Positions 18,266 through 27,100 of a DNA stretch of 64,000 bases are shown here, in pieces. This stretch comes from an uncultured Verrucomicrobiota bacterium (GTDB lineage Bacteria; Verrucomicrobiota; Kiritimatiellia; CAIKKV01; CAIJXV01): positions 239 through 64,238 of the forward strand of contig CAZCDO010000001.1 of assembly GCA_964497135.1 (NCBI GenBank), written 5' to 3'. The position numbers and the translations under genes were made by a program. Under the pieces are notes generated by a model, which did no database searches, was not told the origin of the DNA, and saw only the letters and a program-made list of their open reading frames with translations. Within the stretch, counting starts at the first letter, position 1. Each line of letters opens with the position of its first letter.

Positions 18266-20893
18266 ATGAACCCAAACCAGATAACGCCCCGGGGCGATTC
18301 TATTTTTACCCGCGTTTTCGATGTCGGCGTGTTCGGCGCCGGGTATGCCGGCTTTGCCGCGGCCATGGACCTGGCGAAGGCGGGAAAGAGCGTCTTTCTC
18401 GCCGACTTGCGCGGCGATCTGCTATGGGAAAGCGGACGCGCCTTCCAGACGACAACCGGGCCCTGGACCCCCGGCTTCCGCCTCCTTTCGGACTGCCTGG
18501 CGCGGATCACCGGGGTCACCTCCGAGTGGTTTGACGGCGGCACAACCGAAGTCGTCGCCACCGAACTGTTGCGCGATGCCCGGTTGCCGGCCCTCTATTA
18601 TGTCGCGCCGCTCGGGGTCGTGCGCGACGGCGACGAATTGCGCGCGGTGATCGTGGCGACCAAGGGGGGCCTGCGCCGTTTGGCCGCCCGGCAATGGATC
18701 GACGCGACGGAACACGGTACGATCGTGCGGTTGCTAGATCCCGCGTTGCGGCCGCGGAGCCCGGCGCGCCTCCGGATGCACGTCATGCTCCAGCGCATGC
18801 GCTGGCCGGTGACGCCCGCCGGTGCGCTGGACGCTCCCGCAGGACTCGCGAAAGGCCGGCTCGAATGGGCCCCCACGCCTTATGCCAGCGAGCGCGACCT
18901 GACCATTGACCTGCCCGGGAACGAGACCCGATGTCTGCGAACGGTGGCGCCGGCGCTCCGCGCCTTGCGCGCCCAGCTCGGGGGCGAACTCTCCGATGCG
19001 TTTGTAAGTCATGTCAGTTTCATGCCCTATCCGTTGTACGATTCCGCGCACGGGGTGGAGTCGCCGGCGGCCAACCTGTCGCTGGCGGTCCCGGGTCTGG
19101 TCGGGCAACCGGTGCGGACGCTGGTCGAGCGATTTGAAATGGGACTCGCCGCCGCACGGCAATTGCAGGATCGGCGGGTGGGCAAGGCCGATGTGAACGT
19201 GACGGCAAAAGACCTGCCGGTCCCGCCGGTTTGCCGTGTGGAGACGGCGGCGGTCGCGGTTGCGGGCCTGGGAACGGGAGGGGTGCTTGCGGCCGTTGCT
19301 GCAGCGCGCGCCGGGGCCGATGTGATGGCTTTCGATATGGCCGCGTTCGCCGGTGGCATCGGCGTCGGCGGAGGCATACCGGACTACTACTACGGCTGTT
19401 CCGGCGGGCTTCAGGACGAGGTGGACAGCCGCGTGCGGGAGTTGATGCCGCTGTTCGCGTCTCGCGCGGTCTGGGTGCATGGCTTTCACCCCGACGTCAA
19501 ACGGATCGTGGTCGATGACCTGCTGCATGCCGCCGGGGTTCGCACTCTGCTGGGCGCGATGACCGGCACGGTGGAGCGGTCCGGCCGGCGGGTCCAGGCT
19601 GTGGTGGCGGCCACCCCGGACGGACCGGTCCGTATCCGTGCCCGCGCCTGGATCGATGCCAGCGGTGACGGGGATCTTTGCGCGATGGCCGGCGCCCGGT
19701 TCCATCTCGGGCGGAGCGGCGACGGCAAACTTCAACCGTACACCCAGTCCTGCGGCAGTTTTTGTCATGTCGGCAATCGCCTCGTCAATAATACCACCAA
19801 TCCCGATTCGGGGGTGACGGACCCGACCGATGCCGAGGATCTGACGCGCGCGCGGATCCAGGGCATTCATGCGTTGAATATGACGGTGGTCAATGCCATG
19901 AACCGGCTCACCTATGTCGCGCCCCTGATCGGCCTTCGGCAAGGTCGGCGCATCGAGACTGACTACCGGTTGACGCTGGATGATCTCGTGGCGCGTCGGC
20001 GTTTCAAGGATGCCGTGGGATATACCGGCAGTCACTATGACAACCATGCGCCGGACTACGAGTGCGAGAGCGACGAAGCTTTTTTTTACGTCGCTTGCGC
20101 GGGCCTGTGGTCTCTGCGCACAGCATGCGAGATTCCTTACCGCATGCTCCTGCCGAAGGGATTGGACAACGTCTGGATCGGCTGCCGGGCGGCGGGTGTG
20201 TCCGAGGAGGCCATGCACAGTTTCCGCATGCAGCGGGATATCCAGCGGATCGGTGAAGTCTGCGGGCTGGCCGCGGCGCTATCGATCAAGGGTCGCGCGG
20301 CCAGTCGCTCAATATCGCAGGGGCTCCTGCGGAAGCATCTCGAAACCAGCGGCGCCCTGCCGATGGGCGAACCGAAAAGCAGGGATTTCGGCAAAGCGGT
20401 CGGTCCCCAGGACTTCACCGTGCCGGGCGACCCGGTGCCGGCGAAGACCCGGCTCGAGATGGATCGGGATGCCCTGCAAACGCCGGATTTCGGTTTGGCA
20501 CTCTGGCGACTCTACCGGGCCGGACAAAAAAAAGCCGGGCCCGGTCTGCGGCCCTGGCTGGGCGGGCGGGATGATCAACGGAGCTGGCAGGCGGCGGAAC
20601 TTTTTGCCATGTGGGGCGACCCCGCCGCGGAGCCGCGACTCCGGCGCGCGATCACAACCCGCGAACAGGGGCCGGAGCATGATCCTTCAGCATTTGATCC
20701 CCGCAAGGGGTCCCGGCGGATTCTTCCGCGCTGGTGGGCGGCCGTGACTTTGCTGCGCTGCTGCGGAACCCCGAAATCCCTTCCGGTCCTGGACCGTCTG
20801 GCCGCTGAGCCGGATTTGCCTTTTCATGTGAAGGCGGCCGCCGGGCTCACCGTGACGCGGATCGGCGAGCGATGTCGGAAGAACCGCTCATGA
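18266..20893 (+). CDS. FAD-dependent oxidoreductase (PF12831-like) with two FAD-binding modules and a C-terminal HEAT/ARM-like tail
   Basis: Two GxGxxG dinucleotide-binding motifs (VFGAGYAGFAAA at the N-terminus; VAGLGTGGVLAAVAAARAG mid-protein). ATG 18266 directly abuts stop TAA of the giant gene (TAAATG). Paralog at 55972..58992. Confidence 0.65.
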   Translation: MNPNQITPRGDSIFTRVFDVGVFGAGYAGFAAAMDLAKAGKSVFLADLRGDLLWESGRAFQTTTGPWTPGFRLLSDCLARITGVTSEWFDGGTTEVVATELLRDARLPALYYVAPLGVVRDGDELRAVIVATKGGLRRLAARQWIDATEHGTIVRLLDPALRPRSPARLRMHVMLQRMRWPVTPAGALDAPAGLAKGRLEWAPTPYASERDLTIDLPGNETRCLRTVAPALRALRAQLGGELSDAFVSHVSFMPYPLYDSAHGVESPAANLSLAVPGLVGQPVRTLVERFEMGLAAARQLQDRRVGKADVNVTAKDLPVPPVCRVETAAVAVAGLGTGGVLAAVAAARAGADVMAFDMAAFAGGIGVGGGIPDYYYGCSGGLQDEVDSRVRELMPLFASRAVWVHGFHPDVKRIVVDDLLHAAGVRTLLGAMTGTVERSGRRVQAVVAATPDGPVRIRARAWIDASGDGDLCAMAGARFHLGRSGDGKLQPYTQSCGSFCHVGNRLVNNTTNPDSGVTDPTDAEDLTRARIQGIHALNMTVVNAMNRLTYVAPLIGLRQGRRIETDYRLTLDDLVARRRFKDAVGYTGSHYDNHAPDYECESDEAFFYVACAGLWSLRTACEIPYRMLLPKGLDNVWIGCRAAGVSEEAMHSFRMQRDIQRIGEVCGLAAALSIKGRAASRSISQGLLRKHLETSGALPMGEPKSRDFGKAVGPQDFTVPGDPVPAKTRLEMDRDALQTPDFGLALWRLYRAGQKKAGPGLRPWLGGRDDQRSWQAAELFAMWGDPAAEPRLRRAITTREQGPEHDPSAFDPRKGSRRILPRWWAAVTLLRCCGTPKSLPVLDRLAAEPDLPFHVKAAAGLTVTRIGERCRKNRS

Positions 20894-20907
20894 TTGAAAC
20901 AGAACGA

Positions 20908-21300
20908 TTATCCCCGCCAGAGCAGGAGGCCGGCCACGTTGGTGAAATGAGAGTCACCGGTCACCAGAAAGGATCCACTTTCGGTCGCGTGGGCGGCGAG
21001 CCAGACATCGTTGATGGGGATCGGAGTGCCGGCTTTTCTAAGCCGGTGTTTGATGGTGCCGAAGATATCCGAGGTCTCCTGGGTGGCGGTCAGAATGCGG
21101 ACGGTGGGGCGCCGCAGAAAGTCCTCCAACTGCTCTCGGTTTTTCCGCTCTCTATCCCCGCCTTTAAAGCCGGCATACAGTTCGCCCAAAACAAAGACGG
21201 ACATAAAAACGGTATCGGCGCGGCCCAGCACGTCCAGCACCTCCCTGTCACCGCGGAGCAGGCTCATATAGGCATTGGTATCCAGAAGAACCTTTTTCAT
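20908..21300 (-). CDS. vapC: type II toxin-antitoxin system toxin, PIN-domain ribonuclease VapC
   Basis: MKKVLLDTNAYMSLL... with conserved acidic PIN residues (D at position 7, E ~40, D ~95 with LVTGDSHF). 130 aa. ATG (21300-21298) overlaps the TGA of the upstream antitoxin (ATGA). The ORF track extends to a TTG at 21306. Confidence 0.8.
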   Translation of the reverse strand: MKKVLLDTNAYMSLLRGDREVLDVLGRADTVFMSVFVLGELYAGFKGGDRERKNREQLEDFLRRPTVRILTATQETSDIFGTIKHRLRKAGTPIPINDVWLAAHATESGSFLVTGDSHFTNVAGLLLWRG

Positions 21301-21599
21301 TTCCAATCCTCCGGGTCGATGCGTTGGGTGTCAGCCACCCGGGCCTCAAACTCCCGTGCATCTTTCTCTTTCCAGGTTCCACAGAAACCGGCAAAATCAT
21401 CTCGATGCGGTGGAACAGCCGGCACCTTGATCCCCAATCCCTCCGCCAGGATCTGTTTTATGAGTTCATTCATGCTCAGGGATTGTTCCCGGGCGCGACG
21501 CTTGATCTGTGCCGCCAACTGCTCATCCAGGGCGTGGATCGTAAGTGATTTCACAATGACCTCTTTATGAACCGTTAATTGATTCATGTTGCGAACCAT
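21297..21599 (-). CDS. ribbon-helix-helix antitoxin (VapB/FitA-like)
   Basis: ~100 aa. RHH pattern: beta-strand SLTIHAL, helix DEQLAAQIKRRAREQ, helix SMNELIKQILAEGL. Stop TGA overlaps the vapC start. It appears as the C-terminal tail of a spurious 956-aa antisense ORF. Alternative start at 21587 (MNQLTV). Confidence 0.65.
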   Translation of the reverse strand: MVRNMNQLTVHKEVIVKSLTIHALDEQLAAQIKRRAREQSLSMNELIKQILAEGLGIKVPAVPPHRDDFAGFCGTWKEKDAREFEARVADTQRIDPEDWK

Positions 21600-21611
21600 A
21601 AAATAGAAAAT

Positions 21612-24188
21612 ATGAACCAAACGGTCAAACAAAATACGGCGGCTGACAGGGGGCGTTTTTTGCCCGGCCTCACGCCGCGCTCGCTGTTTGCCAGTCTGTT
21701 TTGCATGCTGTTGGCCGGGATCTATACGCAATACTCGATGGTGATCATTGCGGAAGGGAACCAGAGTCCTGAACAGGTTTTGCCGGTGCCGGCCATGGCC
21801 GTTTTGCTGTTGCTGGTGGGGGTCGTCGGCGCGCTCTATGCGCTGTTCAAGGTGCGCCTGTTGACGCGGGCGGAACTGCTCTGCGTGACGTTTACCCTGT
21901 TCTTTTCCGTTCCGCTGATGACCCAGGGCATGTGGCACCGGTTTGTCGGTCTGATCGCGGCGCCTCTGCGGACCTCCAGTTTCGACTACATCGATGCCTA
22001 CAACGAGAACCTGTGGCCGCACGGCCCCAACCTGCTGCAGGGAAGGCTGATCGAGGGGCGTGTCGAGACCTCCGGAAACGCGCCCGTCTGGGCCGAGCTG
22101 GAGTACGAGGAGGGGCGCCAGGCGCGGCTTCCCCGGCTGAAGAACACAACTCCGGACGAAGTGAGTTCGGTCTCGATCGTCGTGCCGGCGGCGGAGCAGG
22201 GGGATATCCGCGGGGTCGCCAATCCGCACCTGGTCAGCATCCTCGCGCGGGCCCAGGGCATGGAAGCCGAGAGCCTGATCTTCTGCCGGGTCTATGCGGA
22301 TGGAGCGGACTCGGGCAATGAACTGTTCTCCGAACGGAAGGCCGAGAAAAAAACCTATCTGCATAAGCGGGGCTTCGTGCGATTGGGCGCCTACGGCATG
22401 CCGCTGGCCGACCAGTGCCGGTCGACGCTGCGGGTGGAATTCGGTCTGCGGGGCCGGGGCGAAGTGATTCTGGCCGATCCGAAGGGAATGAGCGTCGCTG
22501 CCATCGAAGGGGCGTTCCGGGGACGCCCGATCATGGTGCAATCCGAATACGAGCGCTTGCCGCCCGCGGAGCGACCGCCGGGGATGATCGTCAAGCCGGA
22601 CCGGATGTGGAGTCTGGCCGGTCTGAAGTTTCTCGTCGGCGGCTACATCCCGTTGCGCGAATGGCTGAGACCGGCCCTGGTCTGGTCGGCTTTTGTGTTG
22701 CTGCTGGCGGCGGCGTGTTTCGCCGTGAACGTGATCATGCGCAAGAAATGGGCTGAGAGCGAGCGTTACCCCCTGCCGAACGTGCGCATTCCGCTGGCGT
22801 TGATCGGCGCCGAGGAACCCGGGGAGAGCGCGTTGGGCCGGGTGTGGAGCAATCCCTATATGTGGGCCGGCTTTGGGGTCGCGGTGTTCTGGGGCGGCCT
22901 GAAAGGCTGGCATGCGTTCAACCCGGCGGTTCCTGACCTGTCGATCGACATTGCGCTGGGGCCCTACGTTCAGAATCCCGTGTGGGGTGGCATGTTCAAT
23001 ACCTCGTTTTCGGTCAGTCTGTTCATTGTCAGCATCGCGGTGTTTTTCGAATTGAACGTGCTGATCAGCATGGTGCTGGGCTATTGGATCTGCCGGTCGG
23101 TATTCTGGATCGGACAGGTCACCAACCTTAAGGTAAACATTGGATTTCCCTGGCGCGATCAGCAGGCGGTCGGCGCTTACCTGGGATACTTTTTCATCGT
23201 GCTGGCCTTGTCGCGCAAGTACCTGGTGTCGGTATTCAAGGCGGCCGTGCGGGGCGATTCCCGCGAGGAGGGCGATACGCTGTCGAGCCGTGCGGCGGTC
23301 GGGCTCCTGTTGGGTTGTTGTCTCGGGGCTCTGATCTGGGGGCGGATGGTGGGGGCATCGCTGCTGAGCATGGGCGTGTATTTCGGTTTCCTGGTCATGC
23401 TGGGGTTCGTTACGTCGAAATTTCGCGCTGAATGCGGGTTGCCGTTCGGCTACTTCACCCCGTATAACGCGATGCTGATCGTCTCCCTGTGCGGCGGCCT
23501 GCCGGTGTTCGGTGCGGAGGGGATGCTGGTGGCGCTGTTGCTCTCCGGATTCCTTTCGGTGACGGTGTTTTTCCTGGTGCCGGGGGCGCAGTTCGAACTG
23601 ATCCAACTGGGCAAGCGGATGCGGATCCAGCCGCGGCACATCATCTATACGGCGCTCATCGGTATCCTGGGAGGTCTGTTCATCGGCGGGTGGGTGTTCC
23701 TCTCCAATGCCTATGCCTTTGGAGGTGACAACATCCGGTTTCAGTGGGCGTTCAACGGATTGAACTGGTTCATGCAGACCTTCCGCAGTGAATTGGGGAC
23801 CACGACCGCCGCCTGGCTGCGCGAATCCAGCCCCGCGGCGGTGGGCGGTACGGACTGGGGGGCGCGCATGATGGTCGCCTGGGGCGCGATCGCCATGATC
23901 CTGACGGTGCTCCGGCAACTTTTTTCGGGTTTTTGGTTTCATCCGATCGGGTTCATTCTGGGCAGTTCCAATATGATGGAAGGCGCCGTCTGGGGGAGCC
24001 TGCTGGTCGCGTGGGCCGTGCGGGGGCTGGTGCTCAAGGTGGGCGGGGCCACCAGCGTGAAGAATAAACTCCAGCCCTTTTTTGTCGGGGTGTTTGTCGG
24101 CTCGTTGGTCGTCCTCATGTTGTTCTCGGTGGTGAACAGTCTGAGCGTAACGCACGGGGCTACCCAACTTTACCAGGAGATTCCGTGA
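21612..24188 (+). CDS. polytopic integral membrane protein (~858 aa) with a ~300-aa extracytoplasmic loop; first gene of the ABC/M28-like operon; family not recognised
   Basis: >=10 strongly hydrophobic predicted TM segments, with Gly-rich helices in the C-terminal half. Start MNQTVKQ at 21612. Stop TGA (24186-24188) overlaps ATG of the next gene. Confidence 0.55.
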   Translation: MNQTVKQNTAADRGRFLPGLTPRSLFASLFCMLLAGIYTQYSMVIIAEGNQSPEQVLPVPAMAVLLLLVGVVGALYALFKVRLLTRAELLCVTFTLFFSVPLMTQGMWHRFVGLIAAPLRTSSFDYIDAYNENLWPHGPNLLQGRLIEGRVETSGNAPVWAELEYEEGRQARLPRLKNTTPDEVSSVSIVVPAAEQGDIRGVANPHLVSILARAQGMEAESLIFCRVYADGADSGNELFSERKAEKKTYLHKRGFVRLGAYGMPLADQCRSTLRVEFGLRGRGEVILADPKGMSVAAIEGAFRGRPIMVQSEYERLPPAERPPGMIVKPDRMWSLAGLKFLVGGYIPLREWLRPALVWSAFVLLLAAACFAVNVIMRKKWAESERYPLPNVRIPLALIGAEEPGESALGRVWSNPYMWAGFGVAVFWGGLKGWHAFNPAVPDLSIDIALGPYVQNPVWGGMFNTSFSVSLFIVSIAVFFELNVLISMVLGYWICRSVFWIGQVTNLKVNIGFPWRDQQAVGAYLGYFFIVLALSRKYLVSVFKAAVRGDSREEGDTLSSRAAVGLLLGCCLGALIWGRMVGASLLSMGVYFGFLVMLGFVTSKFRAECGLPFGYFTPYNAMLIVSLCGGLPVFGAEGMLVALLLSGFLSVTVFFLVPGAQFELIQLGKRMRIQPRHIIYTALIGILGGLFIGGWVFLSNAYAFGGDNIRFQWAFNGLNWFMQTFRSELGTTTAAWLRESSPAAVGGTDWGARMMVAWGAIAMILTVLRQLFSGFWFHPIGFILGSSNMMEGAVWGSLLVAWAVRGLVLKVGGATSVKNKLQPFFVGVFVGSLVVLMLFSVVNSLSVTHGATQLYQEIP

Positions 24189-27100
24189 TGACGGGGGACG
24201 GCTCCAACGGACGCGTTGCCCAGGCGATCGGGGCGGCGATATTTGCGGTGCTGACCGTGGTGACGGCCGCCGTCTTCCTCCGCGTTTTTGCGCCGCGATC
24301 GTACGTGCCGCCGACTGCCGGAGCCCCGTCCTACGATCGCACCGCGATGCAGCAGGCGCTGACTCGAGAGGCGGTCCGGGACCAATTGGCGGCCATCGAA
24401 CAGTGCGGTTCGCGCTCGCCGGGCCAGCCGGGCCACGCCGCCTGCGGCCGGCTGATCGCCGAACGCTACGCGCAGGCGGGACTGGAGGTGTTCGAGCAGG
24501 AACTCGACGCGGCCTATCCCGTCTGCTCCGAGGCGCGCCTGACCGGCGACGGCGCGCCGCTGGAGGTGGCGCTCTGGCCGGCCCCGCCTAATCACGTTCA
24601 GCCGATGACGACACCGGAGTCGGGTTTGCAGGGCGAACTGATGTTGATCACCGAGGAGAGCGTGCGCGCCGCCGGCCGTTTCGACGACCAGATCGCGCTG
24701 GTCGACCTGGCCCGGCCGCTATTCAAGGAACTGGGAATCAACCCGGCTCGCTTCGCCGACCTGGGATTCAAGGCGCTGATCGTCGGACATTCCGGAGGGT
24801 TCGAACAGATTCCCTGGCGCAATCTGAAGAGCCTGCGGCTGGGTCTGCCGCTCAACTATGTGCGGCTGATCGCGGACGAGCGCATCTTCGCCTATGCCGG
24901 ACGTCGCGTCCGGCTGGATGTCCGCACCGCCTATACGAATGTTCCCGTTCGCAACATCGTGGGCGTTCTGCATGGACCCCGCGCGGCGCGCGGCGCGGTG
25001 ATCATCAGCGCCGCTTACGACGGGTTTACAGCGTTGCCGGATCTGGCCTCGGGATCGGTGCAGGCTTTGCAACTGGCCCTGCAACTGCGGTTGCTCGACG
25101 GCCTGGCGCCCCATCGTGAAACCCTCCAGCGCGATGTCATCTGGGTGTCGTGCGGCAGCGACTACATGGCCCAGAACAGCCTGAATCAACTCCTGTCCGC
25201 CATCGGTCGTCCCGGAGAAGCGGCCGTTGCCAAGGCCCGCCTGGACGCCGATCTGCGCGAGCAGACGGAGAAAGCCGGCGCCCTGACGTCCGTGGTGGCG
25301 CTTTTCTCCGATGAACGGTTCGGGCGAGAGGCGGGTCCGAGCGGGACCGCCCTGGACGGGATCGATGCCGAAGCCCGGCTGATTTTCGACGAAGAGTTCC
25401 GGACCGTTCTCAGGCAGCGGGTCTTCGATGCCGGTGAACGCCTGCTCCAGGCGCAGATCGCGTTCGAGCATAACCCGAAGGATCTGACCGGTCCCGCCTA
25501 TCGCGCCTTTCGGGCCGCCAAACAGGATTTTGACCGGCTGAATACGGCATCGGCGTTGCCGGTCCGGCGTTTCCTGGAGCGCCCTTCGGATGGCTATGAT
25601 CTTCGGGCGGCTCTGCTGGCACGGTTCCAGGTGTTGAGGGGCTACCACGACACCCGGGTCCGGCGGTTGCGACAGGAACTGGCGCTGAATGCCCTGATGG
25701 CGGGTTACGATGAAGTGCTGGTCCTGGCGCCCAGCCTGAACCCGGCGGCCGTTCAGCCGAAACGCGAAATTCTCAGTTTCTCCGGGGGATCGGGAATCCC
25801 GCATGCCGAAGCTGCGGATGCCTTCCGCCGCCTGCTTCAGGAGGCGGTATTCACACTCGGCCTGCAGGATCGGGTGAGCATCGATTTCCGCGGCGCCCGG
25901 CACGGCGACGCCATGGCCGCGTTTCTGTCCGACCTGCCGCTCCAATCCCAGCCCTGGTCGGTCATGTCCTATCCGGCGTTCGCACTGATCAGTCCGCGGA
26001 ACGACTATGCGCATTTCATTTCGCCGGTTCCCTCGCCCCTGATTACGAACCTCACCAGCCTGGCCGGGTCCCTGCAGGTGCTGGGCGAGGCGACGCTGTC
26101 GGCGGCCCATGGCGCCGGACGGTTTCCCGCGCTCCAGCGGAATTCAACGTATGCAACGCGGGGGACGGTTTATGCCGCCGGGATCGGTAATGCCGTGGTC
26201 CCGAATTTTTCCGTGGCCGGGGCGCTGGTGTTCGCCAAAGCGGAGGCCGGTCCGGCCCCTCTCGGGTTCCAGCGACGTCCGATCTTCTTCGCGGATCCGT
26301 ATGGCCATTTTGATCACCCGGTGATGACGATGCCGTTTCCGAACTGGGCGGACACTTTTATCCCGGAGGCGGCCCACTATGGCCCGGGCGGCACGATTGA
26401 CTATTACAAGGACAGCGGACTGACGGCGCAGAATATTTATAAATCGGATATCCTGCCCGGCGACGGGTCACCCGTCAATCTGATCCTTTACCGCGGCACA
26501 GCGGTGTCGATCCTCAATCGAGTCAATCCGCAGACCATGCGCAGTTTTACGGGGGCGGCTTTTCTGCGTCCCTCCGGCTTGACGCCGTTTGCCAGCACCG
26601 CCAAAATCGTCAACGACGATGGTATTTGCGATTTCATCGATCCCAAGGCCCGGTTCTTCGTCACCCTGAAGGCGGGCTCGCCGGATAACGAGCAGGTGGC
26701 CGAGACGCGCGCGTTCTGCCTGAACACCCGCGCCCCCGGTTTCGTTCCGGACCCCGCGATCGAGATCGATGGCCCCGGCTATCTGGCGCAGGATACCCCC
26801 GTGGTGCGGGAGATCGCCGCGGAATCCGCCTCCTCGATGGCCCTCCTGGCCGCCAAACGCATCCGGTTGCAGGAACCCTACGGGATGGTGGACGAGATGA
26901 CGACCGCGTTCCAGGAGCGGAGTCTGCAACTGGCGGCGGAGGCCGGGCGTGCCGACCGGCCGGCGTTGACGCGATTAGGCGAGTTTCGGCAGGCCATGAC
27001 CTACCTGATCCTGAATCACCCGGTCATCCGGGGGTCGATCGCCGAAGCCATCTGGGGCATCCTCTGGTATATGGGGTTGCTCGTGCCGTTTGTCTTCTTC

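Noticed and set aside
18734-20218. 494-aa antisense ORF within FAD oxidoreductase gene
   Set aside because: Same high-GC artefact. The sense frame has GxGxxG FAD motifs.
21600-24167. 956-aa minus-strand ORF (21297..24167)
   Set aside because: Only its last ~100 codons (the RHH antitoxin) are credible. The remainder is the antisense shadow of the plus-strand polytopic membrane protein gene and translates to Arg/Pro/His-rich junk.
24188-26900. Calling the N-terminal domain an active M28 aminopeptidase
   Set aside because: By-eye alignment shows substitution of the HxD histidine (AAYDG) and the Glu-Glu pair (SD). Hence annotated as M28-like, probably non-catalytic, pending proper alignment.
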